In this document: one piece after another, positions 35,614 through 45,823 of the stretch | Position numbering within the stretch: position 1 is the first letter of the stretch | Layout of the letters: each line of letters opens with the position of its first letter | Source of the DNA: Candidatus Falkowbacteria bacterium | Lineage (GTDB): Bacteria > Patescibacteriota > Patescibacteriia > Patescibacteriales > VMTK01 | Reading direction: 5' to 3' | DNA length: 59,777 nt | Assembly (NCBI GenBank): GCA_013791585.1 | Contig: VMTK01000061.1 | Coordinates: 1 to 59,777 of the forward strand | Notes under the pieces: generated by a model | What the model saw: only the letters and a program-made list of their open reading frames with translations | Databases searched by the model: none | Told to the model about the DNA's origin: nothing | Translations under genes and position numbers: made by a program

Positions 35614-36946
35614 AAAAAGTAAAATTTTACATATTACCCCCCACCTTGGCGGTGGCGTAGGCAGAGTGCTTTTGAACTATTTTGCACACACTAAAGAGAG
35701 TAAATCTTTTGTGCATCAAGTTGCTTGCTTGGACTATGCGAACAAAGAAGCTATTGAAACGGCAAAAAATATTGGGCTGAAATTGTTTGACAAAATGTCT
35801 AGCAAAAAGAATTTTTTGCTAAAAATGATAGCTGAAGCCGATATAGCCCTTGTTCACTGGTGGAATCATCCCTTATTATATGATTTTTTAGTACGCACCT
35901 CCTTACCTTCGTGTCGCTTAATTATGTGGAGTCACAACTCTGGATTTAACGCGCCTTATGTATTTACTAAAAAAATTCTTGCATATCCCGATATATTTGT
36001 TTTTACCACGCCCATTAGTTTCGAAACAAAAGAGATTCAAATACTCTCTAATAAGCAAAAGCAATCATTAAGAGTCGTCTGGTCAACAGCAGGCGTAGAT
36101 CATGTTAAATCGGTCAGACCTAAAGCACACAAAGGATTTAATATAGGATATATTGGCACTGTTGATTATGTAAAACTTCATCCAAATTTCTTAAATATAT
36201 GCAATAAAATTAATATTCCAGATGTAAAATTTATTGTATGTGGCGGATCAAATGAACAAGAAATAAAAAAAGAAGCCGAAGCTATGGGCATTGCGGATAA
36301 ATTCATTTTCACAGGGTTAATTTCTAATGTGACTGAATATTTATCAATTTTTGATATTTTTGGATATCCTTTGGCCTCTCATCATTATGGCACTTGCGAT
36401 CAGGTGCTAGCAGAAAGCATGGCGGCAGGCGTCGTCCCAGTTGCATTGCCAAATCGTATGGAAAAATATATGATTAAAGACGGGGTTAGCGGTATTGTAG
36501 CCAAAAACGAAAACGGCTATATCAATGCAATTCAAAAACTTTATGCTAATAAGGCATTAAGAAAATTACTATCAAAAAATGCCAGAGAATATGCAATAAA
36601 AACTTTTTCTGTAAATAAAATGGCAAAGGAGTGGGAAGTAATTTTTAAAGAAGCATTGACAATGCCTAAAACTAATAAAAAATGGAATATTTTAAAAGAT
36701 GATAATAACATAACTGCAAAAGATGTATTTTTAGAATCATTGGGTAGCTATAATAAAGTCTTTGCGAATTATTGTAGCGCAAAAACAGAACTGGAAAAAA
36801 TAAATACTACTAAAAAAATAATAAATCTTAATAAATCAGCCCTCTGGCAAGCGAGCTCAAAAGGTACTGTGCATCAGTATTATTCTTTTTTTTCAAATGA
36901 TAAACACCTTGCTATTTGGAGCAGACTAACAAAAAATGATAATTAA
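35591..36946 (+). CDS. GT-B glycosyltransferase (GT4-like)
   Basis: 451 aa. ILHITPHLGGGVGRV, with the EX7E-type motif LAESMAAGVVPV. Confidence 0.7.
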   Translation: MPANLIYKKSKILHITPHLGGGVGRVLLNYFAHTKESKSFVHQVACLDYANKEAIETAKNIGLKLFDKMSSKKNFLLKMIAEADIALVHWWNHPLLYDFLVRTSLPSCRLIMWSHNSGFNAPYVFTKKILAYPDIFVFTTPISFETKEIQILSNKQKQSLRVVWSTAGVDHVKSVRPKAHKGFNIGYIGTVDYVKLHPNFLNICNKINIPDVKFIVCGGSNEQEIKKEAEAMGIADKFIFTGLISNVTEYLSIFDIFGYPLASHHYGTCDQVLAESMAAGVVPVALPNRMEKYMIKDGVSGIVAKNENGYINAIQKLYANKALRKLLSKNAREYAIKTFSVNKMAKEWEVIFKEALTMPKTNKKWNILKDDNNITAKDVFLESLGSYNKVFANYCSAKTELEKINTTKKIINLNKSALWQASSKGTVHQYYSFFSNDKHLAIWSRLTKNDN

Positions 36947-36957
36947 TTTTTAAAACT

Positions 36958-37713
36958 ATGCCAGACAATCAACTAGAACAATTTAAATTAGAAGCGACAA
37001 AAAGAGCAAAATCATATCAAAACAATGAATCTTTACAAAAAGCATACCAAGTTTTTTTGGCACAACTAGTAAAGGCTAAATATGCCTATAATTTTTTTTG
37101 GTTAGGAGTACCTATTATTCAAGCTCCACAAGATTTGCAAGCCTTGCAGGAAATAATTTGGGAGGTTAAACCGGATCTTATTATTGAAACAGGAATAGCC
37201 TGGGGAGGCTCGATTCTTTTTAATGCTTCCATGCTAACGTTACTTGAATCATGCGGTAAAATAAAGAACGGCGAAGTATTAGGAATAGACATTGACATTC
37301 GTAAACATAATAAAAAAAATATACTAAAACATCCAATGAGTAAAAAAATTACTATGCTTGAAGGCTCAAGCATTGACAAAAAAATAATACAGACAGTTAT
37401 AAAGTTTGCAAAAGATAAAAAAAAGATTTTAATTATGCTAGATAGCAATCACACTCATGACCATGTCTTGTCAGAACTTAGAGCTTATGCACCGTTGGTC
37501 AATTTAGGTAGCTATATTATTGTGCAAGATACTGGGGTAGAAGATTTGCCAGAAGGATCAACGTCTGATAGGCCATGGAGAAAAGGAAACAACCCTAAAA
37601 CAGCGGTTTGGGAATTCTTAAAAGAAAATAAAAAATTTAAAATTGATAAAAATATTGAATCAAAACTTATACTTACTGCTTCGCCAGACGGATTTTTAAA
37701 AAGAATAAAATAA
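36958..37713 (+). CDS. CmcI / cephalosporin-hydroxylase-family methyltransferase (sugar O-methyltransferase type)
   Basis: 251 aa. PDLIIETGIAWGGSILF ... MLDSNHTHDHVLSEL. Confidence 0.75.
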   Translation: MPDNQLEQFKLEATKRAKSYQNNESLQKAYQVFLAQLVKAKYAYNFFWLGVPIIQAPQDLQALQEIIWEVKPDLIIETGIAWGGSILFNASMLTLLESCGKIKNGEVLGIDIDIRKHNKKNILKHPMSKKITMLEGSSIDKKIIQTVIKFAKDKKKILIMLDSNHTHDHVLSELRAYAPLVNLGSYIIVQDTGVEDLPEGSTSDRPWRKGNNPKTAVWEFLKENKKFKIDKNIESKLILTASPDGFLKRIK

Positions 37714-37726
37714 TTCAACAAAAAAT

Positions 37727-38878
37727 ATGGATAATGATAAAAATAAGTCAGAAAAAAAACCATTTTTTAGCGTAGTAATTCCAACAAAAAATCGTAGCTT
37801 CTTAGTCGGCTATGCGATTGAAAGCATCTTGCTACAGACGTTCAAAAATTTTGAATTAATAATCGCAGACAACGATGATACCGATGATACAAAAAATGTG
37901 GTTGCTATGTTCGATGACTCTAGAATTCGTTATTATCGAACAGGAAATTTATCAATGCCAGACAATTGGGAATATGGGTGTACAAAAATAACTGGCAAAT
38001 ATCTTCTTGTTATTGAAGATAAAATGGCGTTAAAATTAGATTCTCTCCAAAATATTTTTAATGTTATTCTTGAAAAAAAAGCAGAAGTTATTAAATGGCA
38101 ACATGATTATTTTGTTGAAGATACTGGCATGGTCCACTCATTCCCGGAAAAATTTAAAGCTCAATTTTTCGATTCAGACTCAATTGTTAAAAGTTTTTTA
38201 GATATAAACTTTGATTTTTTTACGCCCCGTGCCCCGTCTGGCTACGATGTATGTGTTTGCAGAAAAATCGTTAAAATAATACAAGAAGGAGCGATGAAAC
38301 GTCTGTTTATACCGGTATCGTGTGATTTTATGATGGGACTACAAATTTTAAATACGGTTGATAAAATATTTGTAATGCCTGATATGCTTACAACAATGGG
38401 AGGTTTAAAATATAGCTCCGGCGGGTCGTATAAAAGAAAGAATGGTAGCAATGAGCAATTTCTGAAAGAGCTAAAGATACAAGAAGCAGATTTATATAAA
38501 AACACTCCAATAGTTGTACGTACATTAAGTAACGCACTCTTGAATGATTATATTAATTTAGCTAAGATTATCGGGGGCAGATTAAACAAATTTCAATTAA
38601 ATAAATTTAATTATTTTATAAGCATTTACGATCAATTGCAGTCGCCAAGCGAAAACTTTGATATAAAAAAAGAGTTAAACGTTTGGGAGGAAACACTTCT
38701 CAAACAGGACGATGCATTTATCGCTAAAATCCGAAAAGAAATTGATTTGATTAAAAATAAAAAACAGCCGAATAATTACTTTCTTAAATTTATAACAATT
38801 CTTAAACTAATGATAAGAAAAATGTGGAAAAAACCAAAACATGCTTCCATCTTAGATTATATTAAACAAAAATTATAA
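37727..38878 (+). CDS. GT2 glycosyltransferase
   Basis: 383 aa. FFSVVIPTKNRSFLVGYAIESILLQTFKNFELIIADND. Confidence 0.8.
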   Translation: MDNDKNKSEKKPFFSVVIPTKNRSFLVGYAIESILLQTFKNFELIIADNDDTDDTKNVVAMFDDSRIRYYRTGNLSMPDNWEYGCTKITGKYLLVIEDKMALKLDSLQNIFNVILEKKAEVIKWQHDYFVEDTGMVHSFPEKFKAQFFDSDSIVKSFLDINFDFFTPRAPSGYDVCVCRKIVKIIQEGAMKRLFIPVSCDFMMGLQILNTVDKIFVMPDMLTTMGGLKYSSGGSYKRKNGSNEQFLKELKIQEADLYKNTPIVVRTLSNALLNDYINLAKIIGGRLNKFQLNKFNYFISIYDQLQSPSENFDIKKELNVWEETLLKQDDAFIAKIRKEIDLIKNKKQPNNYFLKFITILKLMIRKMWKKPKHASILDYIKQKL

Positions 38879-38996
38879 ATAATAAAAAATTTATAAAAAT
38901 AGTCTACATGAAGATTAAATCTATGAAACCTTTTTTGAAAACAAATAAAGTTAATAATAAATAAATCGCCTTTAAAAAATATAATTAAAAAAGTTT

Positions 38997-39749
38997 ATGA
39001 TCTACCAAAAAATAAAAGACAATATTAAATATATATCCAGAAAATATTTTCAATATGATTTGAGCACCATCAGAACGAAACTCGACCAAGATTTTTTTGA
39101 TCAAAAAAATCTTTTATCTAGTGCGCAAGTAAAAACGATTTTTGATGTGGGGAGTCATATTGGACAAACCACGCGTAAATACAAAAAATTATACCCTAAA
39201 GCTAACATACATGGCTTTGAACCATACCCAGAAATATATAAAAAATATATTGATTCAACTTGTGGGGACAAAAAAATTTACTCCAACAACTTTGCTCTTA
39301 GTGACAAAAACGGTGAAGCTAAATTTTTTGTCAATAATTTTCATGGCACTAATTCCCTGTTATCAAACAATAAAGAATACACTGACGCAATAGATTCTTA
39401 TAAACCGCTAAAAACCATGCGAGTCAAAACTGAAACATTAGATGATTATTGTAAAAAAAATAAAATAGAAAAAATAAATATCTTAAAAATGGATGTTCAG
39501 GGCGGAGAGTTACTAGTACTTAAGGGCTCAAAAAAAATGCTTTCTGAGGGTAAAATTGACCTTATTTATACAGAAGTGGAATACGCTCGCATTTATAAGA
39601 ACCAGCCACTTTTTAAAGATTTAGAAATATTTTTGAAGCAGTATAATTATAGTTTATACAAAACCTACAATTTAGCATATTTAGATGATAACACGCCACT
39701 TGCTGGTGATGCTATTTTTATCCATAATGGTATAAAAAATAAACTCTAA
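38997..39749 (+). CDS. FkbM-family methyltransferase
   Basis: 250 aa. IFDVGSHIGQTT, GFEP, LKMDVQGGELLVLKG. Confidence 0.8.
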   Translation: MIYQKIKDNIKYISRKYFQYDLSTIRTKLDQDFFDQKNLLSSAQVKTIFDVGSHIGQTTRKYKKLYPKANIHGFEPYPEIYKKYIDSTCGDKKIYSNNFALSDKNGEAKFFVNNFHGTNSLLSNNKEYTDAIDSYKPLKTMRVKTETLDDYCKKNKIEKINILKMDVQGGELLVLKGSKKMLSEGKIDLIYTEVEYARIYKNQPLFKDLEIFLKQYNYSLYKTYNLAYLDDNTPLAGDAIFIHNGIKNKL

Positions 39750-39775
39750 TTATTATATTAAAACTCAACAATACA

Positions 39776-40846
39776 ATGAAAAAAATTCTTCTAGTGCTTG
39801 AAAGTGAAGCATTGTCTAATAATGTACTTTTTGAAGTGAATGATGTCAACAACTTAAATGAGCCATGGAAATATTTAAAGAGAAAATTAAAAGAGTTAGA
39901 TTATGATCTTAAAACTGCTGATAATAATAAAATAGATGACTGTGATTGGATTATTTTTGTAGATACACGTTGCCTTGGTATATTTGAAAAAAAAGTAATA
40001 AGAAGAGTAATAAATTATTTAAAAAAAATATTCAAAAAAAATATTCAAAAAGAGAGAGACGTTTATCAGGAGTGTATTAGAAAAAACCTGCAAAATAAAA
40101 TGGTTTTACTTCTCCAAGAGGGAGAAGCAGTAATTCCATATAATTATTCCAAAGAATATCATGAACGCTTTGATTATGTCCTTACATGGAATGACGATCT
40201 GGTTGATAATAAAAAATATTTCAAAATCTACCCCCTAGTAGCCAACAAAAAACCATTGAGAAATAACACTTCTTTTTCTCAAAAAAAACTTTTAGTAAAC
40301 ATATCAACAAAAAAAAGTTCACCTTTCCCGAAGGAATTATACTCTGCAAGAAAAAATGCTATTCTATTCTTTGAAAAACATTGTCCAAATGACTTTGATT
40401 TATATGGTGGTAGATGGGATTGGCCAACAAATAGATGGGAAAAAAGATTCCCTATACTTATCAAAAAATATAAAAGTTATCGAGGATTTACAAACGATAA
40501 AATCTCCACTCTATCTCAATACAAGTTTTCCTTGTGCTATGAAAATTTTGATGGGGCAAACGGCTACATAACTGAAAAAATATTTGATTGTTTTGTAGCA
40601 GGAACCGTTCCAATTTACTGGGGAGCGAATAATATTAGCAAATATATAGACAAAAATTGTTATATAGATCGCAAAAAATTTAAATCAAATACCGAATTAT
40701 ATATTTTCCTAAAAAAAATTACAGAAAAAGAATATAATGAATTTATGAAAAACATTGATAATTTTCTAAATAGCTCTAATTACAAAAAGTTTCTTCAAGA
40801 AAATTTTGTAAATATTATTATTAAAACTTTAAAAATAACGAAATAA
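39776..40846 (+). CDS. GT10 alpha-1,3/4-fucosyltransferase
   Basis: 356 aa. YKFSLCYENFDGANGYITEKIFDCFVAGTVPIYWG is the GT10 signature. Confidence 0.85.
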   Translation: MKKILLVLESEALSNNVLFEVNDVNNLNEPWKYLKRKLKELDYDLKTADNNKIDDCDWIIFVDTRCLGIFEKKVIRRVINYLKKIFKKNIQKERDVYQECIRKNLQNKMVLLLQEGEAVIPYNYSKEYHERFDYVLTWNDDLVDNKKYFKIYPLVANKKPLRNNTSFSQKKLLVNISTKKSSPFPKELYSARKNAILFFEKHCPNDFDLYGGRWDWPTNRWEKRFPILIKKYKSYRGFTNDKISTLSQYKFSLCYENFDGANGYITEKIFDCFVAGTVPIYWGANNISKYIDKNCYIDRKKFKSNTELYIFLKKITEKEYNEFMKNIDNFLNSSNYKKFLQENFVNIIIKTLKITK

Positions 40847-40849
40847 AAT

Positions 40850-41695
40850 ATGAAACTGATTAAAAAAATTATTAGATTTATTATGAGACGAGAAGAATAT
40901 TATCCAAATAGATACATTTTATTGTATTACATATTAAAAGAAATACAAAAAATCATGATTAAAATCATTCCCGGGAAAAGAAAATCTTTTCTAAAAAATG
41001 ATATGTTCAATTGGTCGCTTTACCACATCCATTACAAAGGAGAATTACTAGTTGTTGGAAAAAATTCTACTATTGACCTACAATCAAATGATTATCATTT
41101 CGAAAACAACAAATTAATTAAAAATAATAAAACAATAAAACCACTACACCCAAATCATCAGTTACTTTACGAAACAATAATACAGCTACATCCGACAAGT
41201 ATTTTCGAAATGGGTTGTGGTACTGGTATGCATTTAAATAATCTGCAAACGCTCCTTCCCTCTGCAAATCTTTACGGTATGGACGTTTCCGAAAAACAAA
41301 TAATACAATTAAGGAAAAACTATCCTTTTTTAAATGCATCTATTAAAGTAGCTGATGCCACCACTCCCTTTCCAAAAAATTTTCTACCCAAGTCAGATTT
41401 AGCTTTTACCCAAGCCGTAATCATGCATATTCATACAGGAGAAAAACATTTAACTGCGCTTGCTAACCTATTTAATTCTGCTAAACACCATGTTATCCTG
41501 ATGGAAAGCTGTAAAAATCATCCCATGATGGAAAATATTAAAAATTTATTTTCTAAAAAAGAAATCAATTGGGGAAAAATAAATTTCTACTACAAGATAT
41601 TAAAGATAAAGGGAAACCCAGCCTGCATAATATGCTCAAACCAAACTTTAGACTACCCAGTATTAAAAGACTATAATTTTTTATTAAACCGTTAA
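40850..41695 (+). CDS. class I SAM-dependent methyltransferase
   Basis: 281 aa. IFEMGCGTGMHLNNL. Confidence 0.7.
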   Translation: MKLIKKIIRFIMRREEYYPNRYILLYYILKEIQKIMIKIIPGKRKSFLKNDMFNWSLYHIHYKGELLVVGKNSTIDLQSNDYHFENNKLIKNNKTIKPLHPNHQLLYETIIQLHPTSIFEMGCGTGMHLNNLQTLLPSANLYGMDVSEKQIIQLRKNYPFLNASIKVADATTPFPKNFLPKSDLAFTQAVIMHIHTGEKHLTALANLFNSAKHHVILMESCKNHPMMENIKNLFSKKEINWGKINFYYKILKIKGNPACIICSNQTLDYPVLKDYNFLLNR

Positions 41696-41715
41696 AAATA
41701 AAATAATTTACAAAT

Positions 41716-42693
41716 ATGAAACATTTTTTAGCACGGATCAAAAACAAAATATTAAATACATTTTTTAAAAATTATCAATTTACAAAATTTATGCCTAGTA
41801 CATTTTTAATAGAAACGGTACTGGGATGCAATTTAAGGTGCCCGGGGTGCAGTTGGGGAAATAAAACCATCAAAAGAAAAAGCGGTTCAATGAGCTTTGA
41901 GCAATACAAAATAATAGCAGACAAAATTAAACCTTATGCAAAAAGAGTGTACTTAATAAACTGGGGAGAACCCTTGCTTAACAATGATATAATTAAAATT
42001 ATTAATTACACTTCTCATTTTGCTAAAGCAAGTATTAGTACAAATGCTCAATTATTAACTCCGGAATTAGCGGAAAAATTGATAAATTCTGGACTTCATG
42101 ATTTAATAATTTCCATTGACGGAATTACCCAAGAAGTGTACGAAAAATATAGAAAAGGAGGGAGCGTAAAAAAAGCCATTGAGTCTCTTGAACTTTTAGA
42201 CCAAATCAACAAAACTAATGGAAACAAGGTTAAACTAATTCCCCAGTTTATAGTCTTCAAACATAATGAACATGAAATGGAAGAATTTGAAAAAAAATGT
42301 CATCAGCTTGGCTTAGAGCCATATTTTAAAGAACCTTATATCCAAAAAAATTCAGGAGTAGAAATTTCTTCTATAGAAAGATATAAACGAAAACATTATA
42401 AAGATTTAAATACACTTCGAAAAGTCATGAGAGGTTGTATTGATCTTAAAAGCACTATGACGATACTTCTTGATGGCACCATTGTTCCATGTTGTTATGA
42501 TTCACATGGCCAAATAAAGTTTGGGAATATATTTAAAGAAGAATTGTTGGAAATCTGGGATGGTTCTATTTCTACTAATTTTAGAAAAAATCTATATAAT
42601 GGAAATACTCCGTCTTTTTGTGTCAACAACTGCTTATTGTATAATTACGATAACAAAAATAATATTGCCAGCAACAATAATAAAAACCAATAA
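41716..42693 (+). CDS. radical SAM / SPASM-domain enzyme
   Basis: 325 aa. GCNLRCPGC. C-terminal motifs CIDL...VPCCYD...FCVNNC. Confidence 0.75.
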   Translation: MKHFLARIKNKILNTFFKNYQFTKFMPSTFLIETVLGCNLRCPGCSWGNKTIKRKSGSMSFEQYKIIADKIKPYAKRVYLINWGEPLLNNDIIKIINYTSHFAKASISTNAQLLTPELAEKLINSGLHDLIISIDGITQEVYEKYRKGGSVKKAIESLELLDQINKTNGNKVKLIPQFIVFKHNEHEMEEFEKKCHQLGLEPYFKEPYIQKNSGVEISSIERYKRKHYKDLNTLRKVMRGCIDLKSTMTILLDGTIVPCCYDSHGQIKFGNIFKEELLEIWDGSISTNFRKNLYNGNTPSFCVNNCLLYNYDNKNNIASNNNKNQ

Positions 42694-42714
42694 ACCAAAT
42701 AATTTTATTATTAT

Positions 42715-43428
42715 ATGTTAAAAACATTAATCAAAACAATTGTACAACTTCTTGGATATTCAATTAATAAAATAAATAAACCAATAGTCAAGCAAGACTA
42801 TGATAAAGATTATTTTATCAAAAAACTTTCAGAAAACTACAAAAAGAATAATATTGTAAAACTTCACTTTGGTTGCGGTCCACGCATACTAAAAACTTGG
42901 ATAAATATAGATTTAACTTACTGTCACTATAAAAAATATTTAAAATCTTATACCAACAAATATTATCCAAAAAATATTAGAGGATCAAAAGATGATTTTT
43001 ACGAAATAGATATAACAAAAACAAGCCTGCCATTACCAAATAATTCAGTTGATGTTATTTTTCATGAAGACTTTATGGAGCACTTATCGCAAAAGGGGCA
43101 AGTACTATTCTTAAGTGAAACATTAAGAGTTTTAAAAAGTGGAAGTATTCACAGAGTAAATACTCCAAATCTTTTAACATCAATGGATAATGATTCTGAC
43201 TTTACAAAAGGATTTAACGGAGTATTTATTCACGAATGGGATAAACATAGGCATATAAATATTTTAACACCGAAAATTTTAGAAGAAATGGCTCTAACGG
43301 TTGGTTATTCAAAAGTGATATTCACCACCCGAGATAATAGCACTTCAAAATATATTCCATTAGAATATCGTCCCGATCCGATAAGTAGATCCGATAATGG
43401 AAATATATTTGCAGATTTAGTAAAATGA
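42715..43428 (+). CDS. class I SAM-dependent methyltransferase
   Basis: 237 aa. LHFGCGPRILKTWINID, IFHEDFMEHL. Confidence 0.65.
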   Translation: MLKTLIKTIVQLLGYSINKINKPIVKQDYDKDYFIKKLSENYKKNNIVKLHFGCGPRILKTWINIDLTYCHYKKYLKSYTNKYYPKNIRGSKDDFYEIDITKTSLPLPNNSVDVIFHEDFMEHLSQKGQVLFLSETLRVLKSGSIHRVNTPNLLTSMDNDSDFTKGFNGVFIHEWDKHRHINILTPKILEEMALTVGYSKVIFTTRDNSTSKYIPLEYRPDPISRSDNGNIFADLVK

Positions 43429-43467
43429 TATACAAATATTATCAATCGAAAAATTTTTAACTACACT

Positions 43468-44103
43468 ATGAAAAATGAATTAAGCAACTTAAAATTTTAT
43501 TTCCCGCGCTTGTATTTTTTATATATTGTAATATTCAAAAACTACATTAAAAAAGACCTATCCCCTCGCCCATGGATCACGGCCGAAGCTATTGAATGGT
43601 TAAAGCAAAACTTAAAAAAGGATATGAAAATTTTTGAGTATGGCGCTGGCGGCTCAACCCTATTTTTATCAGCTCTAACTAAAAAGGTGGCAAGTGTTGA
43701 GCATGATCCGATTTATTATATAACCCTAAAAGATAAAATTAAAAAAGACAACATAAAAAATTGTGAACTATTTTTTTCACCGCCTGCCAATAAAATACTA
43801 AAGGACATTCTTTGCGCAAGTACCGAAGAAAAATATAAAAACATGAATTTTAAAAAATACATTAAAACAATCGATAAGTATCCGAACAATTATTTTGACC
43901 TGGTTTTTATTGACGGCAGAGTGCGAAGCGGCTGCATCATTAACGCCCTGACAAAAATTAAAAATAACGGTTATCTAATGCTTGATAATTCCGAACGAAC
44001 AGAATATGCGGCTGGAAAAGAAAAACTAAAAAAGTATCCACATCAAATATTTTCTGATAACCAACAAGAAACAACTATCTGGCAAATTAATAAAAACTTA
44101 TGA
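43468..44103 (+). CDS. class I SAM-dependent (O-)methyltransferase
   Basis: 211 aa. IFEYGAGGSTLFL, VFIDG. Confidence 0.6.
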   Translation: MKNELSNLKFYFPRLYFLYIVIFKNYIKKDLSPRPWITAEAIEWLKQNLKKDMKIFEYGAGGSTLFLSALTKKVASVEHDPIYYITLKDKIKKDNIKNCELFFSPPANKILKDILCASTEEKYKNMNFKKYIKTIDKYPNNYFDLVFIDGRVRSGCIINALTKIKNNGYLMLDNSERTEYAAGKEKLKKYPHQIFSDNQQETTIWQINKNL

Positions 44104-45008
44104 AAAATGCTTTAGCGCCAATTTGTTTATTTGCATATAATCGTCCTTGGCACACAAAACAGATGATTGAGGCTTTAGTTAAGAATGAATTAGCCAATGA
44201 AAGTGAACTCTTAATTTTTTCTGATGGCCCAAAAGACGACGAATCAAAACAAAGGGTAGCAGAAGTTAGATCGTATTTAAAAAATATTACTGGTTTTAAG
44301 AGTATTACGATTATTGAAAGAACTAAAAATTATAGTTTAGCTAAATCAATCATATCTGGCGTAACTGAAGTCATTAATAAATACGGGAAAGTTATAGTCA
44401 TGGAAGACGATTTAGTAAGCTCACCTTATTTTCTAAAATACATGAACGAAGCGCTTGATCTTTATGAAAGCGAAGAGAAAGTAATAAGCATTCATGGTTA
44501 TATCTATCCAGTTAAAGCTAAGCTCCCTGAAACATATTTTATTAAAGGCGCTGATTGTTGGGGCTGGGGAACATGGAAGCGAGGATGGGCTTTATTTGAA
44601 GCTGACGGACAAAAATTACTAAATAAACTAAGAGAAAAGAAGTTAACTAAAGAATTTGATTTTAATAATTCGTTTGACTATACTGGGATGCTAGAAAATT
44701 ACATTAAAGGTAAAAATAATTCATGGGCAATCAGGTGGTACGCAAGCGCTTTTTTACAAAATAAATTAACTCTATGCCCGGGTAAATCACTAATAAATAA
44801 TATTGGGCTTGATGGCACCGGTACGCATTGTACAGAAAATAATAATGATTTTAATGCTGATATTTATCAAAAAGAAATAAAATTAAATAAAATATCCATA
44901 GAAGAAAATAAATTAGCTAAAAAAATTATTTCAAAATATTTTGAATCCATAAATCCTGGCTATAAAGAAAGAATTATCAATAAAATTAAAAAAATATGGA
45001 AAATATAA
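44100..45008 (+). CDS. GT-A fold glycosyltransferase
   Basis: 302 aa. APICLFAYNRPWHTKQMIEAL ... VIVMEDDLV (DxD-type motif). Confidence 0.6.
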   Translation: MKNALAPICLFAYNRPWHTKQMIEALVKNELANESELLIFSDGPKDDESKQRVAEVRSYLKNITGFKSITIIERTKNYSLAKSIISGVTEVINKYGKVIVMEDDLVSSPYFLKYMNEALDLYESEEKVISIHGYIYPVKAKLPETYFIKGADCWGWGTWKRGWALFEADGQKLLNKLREKKLTKEFDFNNSFDYTGMLENYIKGKNNSWAIRWYASAFLQNKLTLCPGKSLINNIGLDGTGTHCTENNNDFNADIYQKEIKLNKISIEENKLAKKIISKYFESINPGYKERIINKIKKIWKI

Positions 45009-45823
45009 AGAAATACCGAAAAGTCATTAAAGAATTTATACCGCCATTAATATTGCGAGCTATTCAGAATAAAAATAAAAAATACGGTTTTTTTGGTAAT
45101 TATTCATCGTGGTCGGATGCCCAAAAAAAAACTACCGGTTATAATTCTGATAATATCTTAGAAAAAGTCAAAGCCGGAGCGCTTAAAGTAAAGAATAACG
45201 AAGCGCTCTACGAAAGAGACGGAATAATTTTTGATAAAATCGACTATTCTTGGCCGCTGCTGGCTCATCTATTATGGATTGCTTCAAAAAATAATGGTCG
45301 ATTAAATTTAATTGATTTTGGCGGATCGCTTGGCACTACTTATTTTCAAAATAAAAATTATTTTGAAAACTTAAAGGAACTAAAGTGGAATATTGTTGAG
45401 CAGAAGAATTTTGCAGATTGCGGAAAAGAATTGTTTGAAGACAATAACTTAAAATTTTTTTATACAATTGAAGATTGCCTATCTAAAGAAAATTCTAAAA
45501 TTATTTTAATTTCCAGCGTACTGCAATATCTATATAATCCGTATGAATTTTTAGAAAAAATAATTAACCTAAATTTTGACTACATAATTTTTGACAGAAC
45601 GACATTTATAAAAAATGATGATAGGATTACGATTCAAAAGGTACCGCCAAAAATTTATGATGCAAGTTATCCCTGCTGGCTATTTAATCAGGCTAAATTT
45701 TTAAAAATCCTAAAACGAAATTATAAATTGATAGCCGAGTTTGATGCCCACATAGGAACTAAAATTTTATTAAAAGATACCACTGCAACATACAAAGGTT
45801 TCTGTTTTAAAAAAATTAAATAG
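44996..45823 (+). CDS. methyltransferase of the TIGR04325/LIC12133-like family
   Basis: 275 aa. YGFFGNYSSWSDAQ at the N-terminus, then LIDFGGSLGTTY. Confidence 0.6.
   Translation: MENIKKYRKVIKEFIPPLILRAIQNKNKKYGFFGNYSSWSDAQKKTTGYNSDNILEKVKAGALKVKNNEALYERDGIIFDKIDYSWPLLAHLLWIASKNNGRLNLIDFGGSLGTTYFQNKNYFENLKELKWNIVEQKNFADCGKELFEDNNLKFFYTIEDCLSKENSKIILISSVLQYLYNPYEFLEKIINLNFDYIIFDRTTFIKNDDRITIQKVPPKIYDASYPCWLFNQAKFLKILKRNYKLIAEFDAHIGTKILLKDTTATYKGFCFKKIK

Noticed and set aside
38908-38964. 18-codon ORF (MKIKSMKPFLKTNKVNNK) in the gap before 38997
   Set aside because: There is no RBS, the composition is AT-driven, and there is no coupling to neighbouring genes. It cannot be distinguished from chance in this AT-rich spacer.
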